A DNA stretch of 64,000 bases from Lingula anatina (taxonomy: Eukaryota > Animalia > Brachiopoda): the NCBI GenBank assembly GCA_051362555.1, contig CM120648.1, positions 9,482,587 through 9,546,586 of the forward strand. The letters run 5' to 3'. The notes below the pieces were generated by a model that ran no database searches, had not been told where the DNA came from, and saw only the letters and a list, made by a program, of their open reading frames with translations. Below, one piece after another: positions 22,950-62,673 of the stretch (positions within the stretch are counted from its first letter, which is position 1; each line of letters opens with the position of its first letter). Position numbers and translations under genes: made by a program.

Positions 22950-25900
22950 CTACTGTTTTATAAAATATGCATATACAAAATAAACTGAGTTATAATGTAT
23001 GTCCCCTGTGGTGTAATTATACACATGGCAGCTCCCTCTCAAAACATACTGGTATGGCTGCATCCCTTAGATATTATGTGTGATGTGAAAAGACTCTACT
23101 TTGTAAGACGCATTTCATGGTGATAGAAATTTCCACAAAAAATTAGTAATTTCGACATGGTGCATCTTAGAGTGAAGCCTTCTGGAAGTTGGTATTTACC
23201 AATGATATGACTTGGAAAAATCGTAAGACCAAGTAAGGCACCTAAGATTTAACAGTCAATTAAGAATCCTTAAATGCCCTAGATATGAAGGTACCAGTAT
23301 CTCGGCAACTACAGGCCTTATAAGCAGATTAGGCATTACCATAATAAACAACCTCTACTTAGATATAACAAAACTATTTTTTAATATCACTTATACACAA
23401 GGAAACATCAATACTTCAGTTCTCTCTCTCTCACACAGTATTTCATCTACTGGTACCAGTATCTATCAAAACAATTATTCTTATTAATTCATACTGTGCA
23501 TGCTTGAAATTGAGTATACTACAGAAAAGCAGCTATAAGATTTTTCATCGACCCTATTATATATAAAATGCCATATAACTTACAATGAAACTTTTATGCA
23601 GTTTAAAAAAAAAATCCATTAGCTATATAAGTAAAACAAATTCTTCCTTTTTTGGACTAATGGTATATAGATATCTTGAAACAGTTGCTATATACATGTA
23701 TATATATATATCATGATATAACTTTTCTTAAGAATTCACAGCCAAATGAGCAAATATACATTATTATCAAATAAATCCATTATCTTCAAGTTCCTTATGC
23801 AATAAACACTTATCATTCATCAGTATACACCTTGCATCACTACTCACGTAATGTACATTAATTTAATCAATCAACTATTGTTTCTGATATTAAATATATT
23901 AAATAATATGTACATAAGCATGTCTATAATCAAACTGTTATCCTTATTAGAGATCATAATCATCATTGCATCTTAAAAAGTTCATTATATTTTTATTTAC
24001 TGTATTCTACCTAATGTTTATGCACATGGATATATATTCCTGACATACAGCAGAGGCACTCACTGTGTGAAATAACTGCATGATCTATGGTGTAATTTCT
24101 TTCTTCGGTTACTCATTTAAAAGAAGATATTGACCAAAGCCAACAGTTACAGACAATAGTTAATTTTTCGAAAGTTATAAATTGCTAAGAAATTAATATT
24201 TAAAACAAATCAAATGATAGAAAAAAAATTATTTAATGGAAGAGTGACCACAGACAGAAATAAACTTGATATTTTAAATTGGCAATAATCTCTGACCACA
24301 ATTAAGCATAAACTTCATGCAGTTTGAACATTATCATTTCCAAAACATACAGCAAAAACACACAATCATCATTCACACATATTCTAACCTCAAATCTAAC
24401 AGCAGTCAGCTTTGCAGTGCACGGATTCAAAAAACGTTCTATGGCAATTATCAAAACATTTACAATACCAAGAAACAGCTATCAGCAGCTAGACCCAAAA
24501 TCATTCCCAAAATCATTTCATGATGTTTTAAATTTGCTAGTACATGTGCAACCTGTTCTTTTAGTTCAAGATAAATAATATTGTTTCAAGGTTTAACAAA
24601 TACGTCCTGTTGAACTGAAAAGTTATACAAGACAAATTCACATGAAGCACTAAGAATGGTTAAAACTCCCCCAATTTGCTTCTATTGGTGGTTACTTACA
24701 AATCCCTTTTTTTAAAACATGTCTTTATTCTATTAAAAGATCTGTAATTTCAAGCAAGGACAAAGGCTGTAACCTGTCACACCAGAACTGCTCTTAATGA
24801 TCAACATTTTTGAACCCTTCTTTCCAAAGAATGTACAAAAGAAAGAAAAAAGTTCAGGAAAATATATAATTTTGCTTAAATTCTGAGGAATCACCTTTTT
24901 TTTTGCGGTCCCAAAGATGTTTCTGATTTTTTTTTTTAAATCTCCACACATACTGATTATATTTTTAGACTCTGGAATGCTAAAAACATCCCCTTAAACA
25001 CTTAATTTCTTTCTGTCATTGGCAAGCATGCCTAAGAGAGCAGATACTTGTTATATTGCCACGAATCTGGATTCTAGTATTCTATTTTAGAGATCTTCTT
25101 ACATATTGCAACAATGCTTTTAAATGGATGAAAAAAGCATTTTTTTCATGTCTTTCAGTATTGCATAATTACCACAGAGAAATCACTTAACTTTAGCAGC
25201 AATATATAAAAACTAACTTGCATCTCATCAAAAACTTTCAGGCAAATATGACCTCAATCATCAATATACAGGCATATATCATAAGCCAAACAGCAGTCTA
25301 ATAAAAAAGATTACATAGAAAGTAAAAAAGAAAAGAAAAATCTCTTCATTACAATAATTATAATAATTACAGACCACTAGGGACTAACTCTTCACCTCTA
25401 AACCTTCCGAGCTGTAAATACACTTCTAAAATCATCACCAGACATTTAAAACACCAGGAGAAATAACAGGCATAAAGGCTTTTTTTCAGTGATGTGCCAT
25501 ACAAAACCTCAGACACAGAACCTGTATCAAAATATATCTTCTGGAAAGAATATCTCCACCATTAAAATCCTACATATAAAGTGTTTGCATCATCCCTGAC
25601 ATTCTAAGTATAATGTATTGAACAAACTTGCAAGCTTGGGAAAAGGTCTGTGCAAGATGGGTGTAACTCCACAAATTCAATGTCTTCATCCAATAATATA
25701 TCATAAATTTGAAAATAAAATATACTTGTCACATATTCACTACTAAGTATATGAAACATCCTCCCCCTTGCCTCTTCATCTCTTTCCAGAACCATTCAAA
25801 CCTCCTCCATCCTTTCTTTATTCCCCATCTTTCTTTTTACCACATGGTTTGATGTTGGTGCTTACTAGTCCACAAGACCAAAGTTCAGTTTTGCACGATA

Positions 25901-26320
25901 TGCCTCCTCACTGAAGCACTTCTTCCATCTTCCTATCCTCTCTTTTTATAGACTATCTTGTGTGCTGCCATTAGAACAGTTTCAAATCATACTGCATTCT
26001 CTCCTTGTAAAAAAATTCCCTCTGTCACCACTAGCACGTTCTCCACACATCCTGATGAATATATTATGGCCTCCTGCTGAAATATGTCATGCCTTAATTA
26101 TGATAAATTCCAGATATTCCTCTGAACATCTCACGCACACCATACTATGAGTTTCTTTCGTGCAGCACGTTATTCCATATACGCTGAAAGGTCCACCCAA
26201 AGTGCAGATTTGTCAAGGGAAAAATAGGGCCTTTTCCTGTGTGCATTTCTTTCAGCACTACATGAAGCAGCATGTAATACTACACGGCCAACCATTGTAT
26301 AAGATATGTGGAGGGAAGAA

Positions 26321-53056
<26,736 letters not shown>

Positions 53057-54750
53057 TGTTATCTTCACCTCTTCAACTCTCCAGGTGCCGTATTGTCATA
53101 GTAGTTGCATGCTATTATCCTGAAATTTTTGAAAAAATGGATACATTAGCATCTGGTTTGCATCTTAAATCAGTGGGGTTTAATTTGGAAGGATTTGCAT
53201 AAAAGAAAATTTAAGTGGAATATTTCTTTAAAATAAGTGATGCCTGGTGGAAAAAGTGCTCATTGTTTCTGCACACCAGTTATAAGAATTGTCGTTTTCA
53301 CTTGACTTCAGTGACGTACAGGCATTCTGAAAAACACAACTTATTCAAGCTGTTTTACAGAAAATAAAAATCAGCTGCATCAAACCTTTGTTGAATTTCA
53401 TCTAGGTTCCATTTTTTGCACTACAGAACCTTACATAATACTTCAAAATCTGTTGTTCTATGTCCCAAACATTCCCTTTCAATGCTACCTTTAACTTAAT
53501 GCTAAAATTCCCATATGTATAATTCTAGGCCTGAAGCAAATATCTTAACTACATAACAACCATTTAAAACAGTCTATTTCCCATTCCATTCTCATTTATC
53601 TCTGTTACCTACACAGGAAACATAAAAAATGATCAAATGTTCCAAAAAACTGGAAAAAATTTGCCCTTAGCAAAAGAAAAAAAAAGTGACCTATGTTTTT
53701 CCAAGTTAACTTTTCCTGAATGTATTACTCGTATTCTATTTATCTATTTCACTTTTATATTTGTTTATTTTTGGACGGAAAGAGGTGGAACTATTTTATA
53801 TGGCTTACCTGATATGGCAAACTTAAAAGAAATCAAAATAAATCACTATAGTTAATTGTCCCTCCAAGGGCCAGTAGTATCCGCAATAACAGGGTGTATA
53901 AAATGTACACTCTCAGCAACTAATGACCATGGTGTGACCATCTCTCCCTTATATCTCTTTTTTATGTAAATGCCACAAATTGTACGACGCACACGGAAAA
54001 GCTACATTTCATTCAACGTTTCTCTAACTGAGTATGCATATTTGGGTTAGAGGCATGATAATAATGATCTATTTTTCATGTTAATTTCTCAAGTTGTAAG
54101 ACAAAAGATGAAGGCAGCATTCCTTTAATATATGTCACTATGGTTTAAGAGGACTGGGCATATCTCTTATTTATGCTAATTTTTGGGAGACATATGAGGA
54201 AAAAGAAAGACAATAAAGCAGTATGAAAAGATGAATTATAAGATATGGCTTTCATTCAGAAAAGATAAAATTGTGATAAAGAACAATTAAATGTTTTACT
54301 TAAGTAGCTTTTAATAACTGGCTGTAGAATTTCACATGGACCTAATAATTTGAAGACCCCGATTTACTGCACTTTAATAAAAGTATTTAATAGTCATATT
54401 GACAGTAAACATGACTAGAAGTCATAACATTTTGAACAATATAGATATTTTTTATGAAACATAACCTTGTTGAAAAAAGAAAAAGATTGCAAATAACAAT
54501 CTTGACATTTTTCGTCAGAAACTGACAAAAAAAAAAAAAAAAAACTTAAATCTAAGCCAATTTAAGTTTTATGTTAAGATCACCTTGACACACAAATCAA
54601 AACTGAGAAAAATTACAGTTACCAAAATAAAAAAAAAGCTACTTCATCATTATAAGCCAGTTAAAACTCAGTAGCCTTGGCACCTTTTCAGTGTGTGGCA
54701 TGCATGGATAGGAAGGAGCCAGTTAAACAAAACTACAGCCTCTATTCTGA

Positions 54751-54965
54751 GGCTCTATTCCCATAGATTTTAGATCGATCTATCCCCGCGGGGAGTCTCA
54801 CTAGATTACTTTCAGATAATCCAACTTAAATGTCCGTCCCGCCTACTACAAGCTTTAAGGGGGTAATTAACTTTCGTGGCTGCCCGGCTGACAGCTATTT
54901 AGCGTGAACCCCCAGGGAGTTAGGTCGATCTAAAGTAGGTCGATCTAATCTATGGAAATGGGGTG
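54751..54965. mobile_element. MITE family B (PIF/Harbinger-like)
   Basis: Third full copy; flanks TGA/TAA. Confidence 0.88.
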
Positions 54966-55013
54966 TAAGGCTCATTGGTCTAAAATCTTGGATCAAAAAT
55001 AAGGCCTGCTTTA

Positions 55014-55140
55014 GGGCCCATTCCCATTGAAACTATGGATCACTGTAGATCGATCAAACTGTTAATCAGGTTTCATTCAGTGAATCCCAACAGAGTTGGT
55101 TTGAACCACCTGGTACGACAGTTTTATTGTGAACGGACCC
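55014..55140. mobile_element. Short PIF/Harbinger-like MITE
   Basis: Imperfect 21-bp TIR GGGCCCATTCCCATTGAAACT/AGTTTTATTGTGAACGGACCC; TSD TTA at 55011-55013 and 55141-55143. Confidence 0.75.
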
Positions 55141-56465
55141 TTAGACAGATAATGGAAAAGTGACATAACCACCTTCTTTGTGTTGAGATTTTAATGCCTT
55201 TTGGCAAGAAAAGATCATTGTTCTGGTAGATATTATGCAGATTCCTACCAGATGTAGAGATATGCTGGTCCATCTTTATTGTGATTTCACATTAAGGGAA
55301 AAATAATGCAGCTCAATGGGAAAATCAGTTTAAACACATAAAACTTGTACATGTATTATATCTGGTGGAAAATTAATATTAAAATTATACAAGTGCACTG
55401 AAAGGTATCTTGGTTGAATAAAGGAACTTCTCATTAAAGGGAGAATTATGGTTGAACCTATCATAATTCTTATGGAATTGTGATTTCACAAGTAACTTTC
55501 CATTCTTTCATTTTAATGAATTAAAATTCCATTAAGCTCAGTATAACACAGGTAACTGTCCAACCATCAATGTTTTTGGACTGCTATTTTTCTGGTTTTT
55601 TTTTTCAGAATTTTAGCTTTGAAATCTATGGAGCCCAAATGGCATACTGTAGTATTAAAAAAAGAATCTGGGACTCCTTTTTTCAAAATCCTGACTAAAG
55701 CCCTTGTTGAGCTACCCATTCCCTCACCCATAACTGTAATTTCAAACTAGCAACATGCCCAATTAAATAAGACTTTTTTCTTATTTGTATAGATAATTGA
55801 ATTCTATTCATTCCCAACCATGTGATTTTAATAATCCTTGTTCAAAAGTCAGGGGAAGCACAAAGAAAAAAAAAACATAACATGTTTGAATACAAGATCA
55901 TGTACACATGAATCATGGTACAAACTTCTTAAACGGATGTTACCATAGCAACCCAAATCCTCTGATGTGGAATCGGGGGGCATTTAAATTAACTACAAAA
56001 TGTCACATGCATATCTGTACGAGTTGCTCAGAATAAAAATCATTCTCATTTGTAAGTTGTGAATATTTTTTTGTCAATTTGTGACTGATGCACATTAAAA
56101 TTCTGGTAATGATTTTTTTTAATTCAGAAAGCTGTCTCCTCTGTTTTTAAACAGTGATAATATACATTATTATCACACACCTTTACCACACAAAAAAGGA
56201 AAAAATGTTATAAAAACAGTACCTTCTAAGTGGACCAAGTTCCTTCTATATTCCAAAGCTCAGCAACTCATATAGATAAAATCTGATTATTATCACAAAA
56301 CACAGGGAAGACATCTGTGTATCCCATCATATTTATATAGGACCTCCACATGTGCATATCAGGTTTTCTGTAATAATTCAGAACTCCAGAAAAGAAGCAC
56401 TTATCGCCATAAGAGATATGGGTGGGGCAGGCTATCTAAAACATAATAATATTAACAGCAGGGTA

Positions 56466-56649
56466 CAAGCCTGTATGTAGCAATTTCAAAAGTGGGTAAG
56501 GGGAGTATTTTTTTTTTCCTGGAAAATATAGACCTTTTTATTTTACCCAAGATGAGAAATGACCAAGTCATAGTAAGTTATTAGTCAGATTGGGCTAAAG
56601 GACGGTCCTCTGAACCTCCAGACCCCCCTCCCACTTGCCTACAGGCCTG
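56466..56649. mobile_element. Degenerate MITE family A copy
   Basis: CAAGCCTGTATGTAGCAATTTCAAAA..GACCTTTT..GAACCTCCAGACCCCC..CTACAGGCCTG parallels 3266-3437. Confidence 0.65.
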
Positions 56650-57244
56650 AGGGTGTGAACTCTGGTACTTTGGTGGGTGGGACTCGCTCTCGCTCTCTCT
56701 CTGTGTGTTTGGCGGGGAGGGGGGGGGGAACTTCTGGACTTCCAGCTGACTCTGTGACTGCATGAGTGTCACCCTGTGTAACTGAATTTGAAAGATAACA
56801 CCATCTTTTATAAAAACTTGTCAAGGCATCTACTATATTTCGTCTATTATGTTACTGGAATAATAAAAAATATATTCACCAGATGGATCTAAAAAAAGTT
56901 TGAAATTGTTAGAAACCCCAGGGGGGATTATTAAATTGCACGTATATAATCTGTATATAGGTACATATGTATAAATAGGCACATCCCTACCATGCTTGAG
57001 GGTAAAGGAAGAATTTTATTAGTTTTGTCTCTAATGCTGGAAAACAGAAATAAGTCATTTCCTACATAATAAATTGAAAATACTGAGCCATCTGGGGCAT
57101 AGCTAACAACACAACACTTATACAAACATCAGAAACATATCACACAGTGTGAAATTTCACAAGCAAGATCCATCCATACTCGCTGTTAATTTTTATATAT
57201 GGAAAATATACTACTATCCATTTGGTATCCATAGGCTAGTAGGC

Positions 57245-57465
57245 TAGGAGAGGAAGAGGAAGAAGAGATGCTGGGAGGAGGAGGGGGGGGGGGGAGAAGA
57301 AGAAATAAGAGATGCTGGGAGGAGGAGGAGGAGATGCTAGGAGGAAGAAGAGGTGTAAGAGGAGGAGGAGGAGAAAGAGATGCTGGGAGGAAGAGGAGGA
57401 TCAGGAAGACTCAGAGGAAAAAAGAGGAGGAGGAAGAGGAGGAGATGCTAGGAGGAGGAGGATGC
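57245..57465. repeat. Purine-rich minisatellite (GAGATGCT(G/A)GGAGGA.. units)
   Basis: At least five GAGATGCT(G/A)GGAG cores separated by GGA/GAA runs. Confidence 0.8.
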
Positions 57466-57727
57466 ATTACGCTAAGGCAGCACATCAGATGACATTAACA
57501 GAATTAAAGCACCTCCCTTGCCAGCTTAGCCTTGGCCTTCCCATTATAAAAGCCTTCATTGCTTTATGAGTTAAAGATGTTAAAGATTCTTATCTGACCT
57601 ATGCTGGCTGGTTGAGGGAAGAAGAATTCTAGCCTGGTACTGTTCACACTGGCACTAAACCGGTCATGAACCTCCACTAGAACAGAGTCCACACAGAATA
57701 GTGGATCCCATGGCCAGATCTGTGTTC

Positions 57728-57950
57728 CAGGCCTGTGTTCAGCAATTTCCAAATGGGTGCTTTTTTTAAATGAAAAAGTGGACTTTTTCACCCCATGATT
57801 AGTTGATGCGACTTGAGAAATGGCAAAGAACCTTGATCAAAATTTGAAAGACTCAAAATTTGAAGACTGGACCTTTTTGGACCAAAAGGGTGGTTCTTCC
57901 TACCCCCCCCCCCCAAATAAATAAAATAAAATAAAATAATCCTGCCTGTG
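57728..57950. mobile_element. Degenerate MITE family A copy
   Basis: CAGGCCTGTGTTCAGCAATTTC..TGAAAAAGTGGACTTTT..TGGACCTTTTT..AAAAGGG..TTCTT..C-run; right end decayed. Confidence 0.6.
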
Positions 57951-60900
57951 CTCTTTCATGGTGGGTGCACAGCTTGGTACCAAGCAATCAGCAGTTGATG
58001 CGAGCAAAAACAGTTTATGCAGTTAGAAATACAAACAATTGCCGGGTTAGGCTTTCCAAAATCAACCCAAAGAGAGGAAACATGATCACTATGATGACAA
58101 AAAGTAGATGGCCGAATAAAAATTTTGTCATTTACCTTGGAGTCAAATATTATACAAATTAAGATCTAAGAGTAACATTTTAAATCGAAAAGCCACAATA
58201 ATTATCTAGATTTGAGTCAAATGAAATTAGAGTAAGTAGGGTAATTTCCCAGTCAATGTGTGACATCTACATGAGAGAGGGATCTTACTCCTACAAGTGC
58301 CCCCCCCCCCCCCCCCCCCCCTCCCCCAAGGGTGCCCTAAGGCAAGCCATACACTACATTGGCTATCAGAAGTGGATCTTCAACAACACCAGTGTGAACA
58401 CTTTCCCGGTTATTTAATGGGAGATGTTTTATGGGCATAAAGAACAAACTATCGCTAACCCCCATGGCAAAATGGTATAAATTCTGCAGTTTTTGGCTAG
58501 GTTTGTGCTGCATGTGACTGATTCAGACTTAATGTCTCTGCTTTGTGATGCTGCAGTTCTAATAAAAGTAGTAGTCAGCTAAATCTGTGTAATAGGATAC
58601 AGATTTATTTTAAACACAAATTGTTGCTTAATGGTATCTGATTTTCCTTTAAAGATTTAGATTTTAGGAAATATAACTTGTGCCGAGTTTTCAACAGTGT
58701 GTGACTGAACAAGAACTTTCTGGGTGATAAAAAAAAACCCCAAGACTTTGTAAAATCATTCTTTCTACAGTTAAGAGTGTTTTCGTTCTTTTCAAGAAGT
58801 CAGGTTTACTGCAGTATACTATAAATCTTAAAGCATATTACCCCAGAAAATCAGTAACCCATACAAATACTTAGCAAACAGTTAATAGAGAGAAATAAAA
58901 ATTACAGAACGCTACATTTATTTGTGTCTTATTTGTACGCATGCTGTTTCACTCATCGTTTATTACTGAAGTGGAAAATGTGTTGAGGACACGCATGACT
59001 TACTAGCAAAAATCTTGGATATATGTGTGAAGAAAAAAAGCTGAACAATATTACTGTCCAGAAGAAAGATAGCAAAGTGTGTAGGAAGAGCATGGAGGTT
59101 TTCAAAGGAGAGAAAAAGGAGAAGGGGTGGGCAGGGGAATCAGGTAGTGATAGAAAAAACAAACAAACAAACAAACAAAAAAACATACAATAAAAATTTG
59201 ACAACATTTTATTTTAAGCTTGAGTTCTTGGTTTTTGGTAACTTACGTTTTGCTTTAGTAATTTAATTCTCTTTCACACAAGTTAATTGTATGTCAAAAT
59301 TGTCATTCTGTTAATCATGTTATCTTTAAAACTACATTACTTTTCTTAATGCCATGTGTGTCTGAACTTTGGCCAGGTGCACACTTATAAACTGTTGAGA
59401 GGTTATTCACCTTTTGAAGCTATTGTTTTGTGCAATTAATCCTATTCAGAGCATAGGAGCTTTATAAAACAAGATGAATAAATATTATCATAAATGCAAC
59501 AAAATGCACTAACTTTTGTCATTCATATTCTTCTGCAATCATTTGAGGGGGAGGTTTTAAAACACCTCTGAAGTACATAGAATTCCCCCCAAAAAATATG
59601 TTACCTCTTCATAATTCTCCCCAATTTAACATACCCTGAGAAAGCAAAAAATCTAATGCCACATTTAAAGTGAATAAAATTCACCAAATTCTTGATCAAA
59701 TGGAGGATTCAAAGCCATTTCCTCAAGTGATGGAATGAACTGTTTACTTAAAGTGAACAAAATTCAACATTTCTTCCCAACGCATCGATACATCTTTATT
59801 TAACCACATTTTCACACAAACACAGACACAAAACTGAAGGTTACCAAAATTCCACATTCCCTCATTAAACACAAACACGCCTTTATTTTTCCAAAAGTGA
59901 ACAAAGTCATGAAAATAATGAAGAAAAATCCCTTATTCACTGCCTTAACATTGGGCATATCGTGAAGTGTGTACCTTTCTTTACTTTGAGCCCTTTTAGG
60001 CTGATTCTCAAACTGTTGACTTAGCATATAGTTGCACTGCTAGTTATTGGGCTGGGGGTTTAAATGTGACCAAACAAATCATTCATGTTGCCATAGCAAC
60101 AGCTATATAGACTCGCCAAACACAAATAGAATGTGTAGTCGGTTGCTACGAGTCACAGGTAAAAGCTTTTTGCTATCCCAATACAAATGCCTTGCTTTCG
60201 TCCAAAATTAAGCACGGTCAGAATAAAAGGTGTTTTGTCGGTTTTTCAACACAAATAGTGTTGGTTTGGGTGTTATTAGGTACTGGTTAGAAACAAAATA
60301 GAAGAAAAGGTGTCGCTTTCTCCATTTAAAAAGCATGTTGCAATTAAGCATGACAGACACAATGGTACTCTCGCACATTTTTTAACTCGGTAATAAAAGC
60401 AGGTGTGTGCCTTTGGAGTGTCGACTTGTAAATGAGAGAACATATTTCCACTTCTTTGGCCAAAATTGAGAATGACGATAAAAGATGTTTTGTGAATTTT
60501 CTGAAATCTGGCAACATGATTTCGTCATCATTCATTTGCAGACTAGAAGTCTCCTACGATGTCACATCTATTAAGTACTTGATGAGATCAAAAATCAGTC
60601 TTGGGTTCTTTATCAGATGATTTATATTTTCTATCTATTCCTTCACAACAGCAAGCCCTAAATATGCACAAGAGATTAACTCATAGTTGGAGAAAACCGC
60701 CACAATTTCAATAAATGCAATTTTTTTCTCTTTGTTTTATTAAATTACATTCTGTGGAAATATTTTTGTTGGAAATAGTAAACAATACTGCCCTATTAAA
60801 GTGCAATAAGAAGAAAGGGGTTTTATCCCTGGGACAGCTTTTTTTAAATCATCTGTGTTTAAATAAAAACAAGCAGAATACAATGTATAAAACATATTGC

Positions 60901-62447
60901 GAAAGGTAATTTTTATGAAAAATTGATCAAATTCCAGGTTACCTTGGCTCTCTGATTGCACAATTTAGTCTGATATTCAACTTAACACAATAATCCCCTG
61001 CTGAACAGCCTAATCTACGAAGGAGAGAAGTACAATTATCCTCACCATGCCATTAAAGCCCAAATTATCCCTAACTTATGATGGTAACTTCTATATTCTC
61101 ATCACATATCAATGCACATTTTTTTGGTATTTGTTAGTTACATTGGAGGATCATAAAATATACCAGGAGAGAAGGAAGCCCTGAAGCAATTCACGTTTGT
61201 ATTTTGACATATATTATGCTAGAATTGATCTCTACATGAAAAATGTGTAAATATAAGTAGTCGGGTTTCAGGGTATTTCATTACAATTGGATGATGTGTC
61301 TCATAGCTGGTAGCTGCAGAGTTAGGATTAGGTGATTTTTTTTTATTTTCTTTGTGCTGCAATGGATTGAGAATGGCAAAAATATGACAATTGTACAAAA
61401 TAATATAGAAAATATGCATTTGGTGGCTGAAAATTAAATAAGAGAAGCCCTTAAGCAAGAGAGAGGGGGGTAAGAATAACTGATAATATAAAGAGTGATA
61501 TATTGGGAGAGAGAGGGTAGTTGGCTCTAATTTGAGTTCCTGGCAGACCTGTTCTCTCTCTCTCTCTCTCTCTCATGCACACACGCACATACACACACAC
61601 ACACACACACCATTCTGATAGCTTTTTTAGATCATATAAAAAGAACCATGAAGAAATGATGTAATAATGGTCCATGAGAATCATTTATCTAAAATATTCA
61701 TACAACACATGGCTCAGCTAGTAAATACATCCATATATTCTGTATGACTAACCTTAAAACTCAAGAATGTTAGGTAATAAGTAGGCCAGGCAGAAATAAA
61801 AACCTAATCCCAGCAAAAGAATAAGTGCATATTTGTGGATGTAACCATCCTAATCATACCAAAACTATGTTTTCCCTTCAGATACAGATGTCACCAATAC
61901 AGTATAATACAGCTACATGAATGTTATTCAGACTACTAACATTGCTAGCTCTGTGAACACTTTTTAGAGGACAAGCCCTATTAAAATAAAGATAGCTAAG
62001 CACCGTGATTACTTTATATGCCATATAAGTTTTTATTTTAAATACATATCTGAATTTGGGTAGCAACACTGCTCAGATATGATTTGCATTGAATGAACAA
62101 TATTTTACCACACATTTTACTGCATAATTTCCAGGCCACTCAGATAAGTTTTGTTCAATATAACCGAAACATAAATTGTGCTACCATCTAATAACTACCT
62201 ATAGTCTGTACTGTTGGGCGCTAGCCCTTGGCAATTGCCTACTAGTACTATAGAAGCAATAGCCATTATGGACTAGTAAAAAAGTTAAAATTTTACATAA
62301 TACTGACGTAGTAACCCATGCCACTTGAAGACCATTGGCCTAAAATGCTTTTGACAGAGACTGCAGCATTGTGCTGATCAAAATTTTGAACATATTTCTT
62401 ACCACTTCTCACCTCTAGAAAGAGATCAATTTAGCTCTCAATTGGGC

Positions 62448-62450
<3 letters not shown>

Positions 62451-62486
<36 letters not shown>

Positions 62487-62581
62487 ACGCACATGTGTAT
62501 GCACATCTGAGTGTTTGCATGTATGCATGCACATGTGTGATGGGAGACTGGCTCTAATTTCAGTTCCTGGCAGACCAGTGT

Positions 62582-62667
<86 letters not shown>
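62451..62667. repeat. (GT)n and (CA)n microsatellites
   Basis: Direct reading; source of the CV/HT-repeat ORFs. Confidence 0.9.

Positions 62668-62673
<6 letters not shown>

Noticed and set aside
25604-26320. Extra castor coding exon or readthrough beyond TAA 26321
   Set aside because: Stop context TAA-TTC is not leaky and downstream ORFs lack recognisable motifs or convincing splice sites; treated as 3' UTR.
57268-57569. Glu/Arg/Gly-rich ORFs as a protamine-like gene
   Set aside because: Produced by a purine-rich low-complexity minisatellite.
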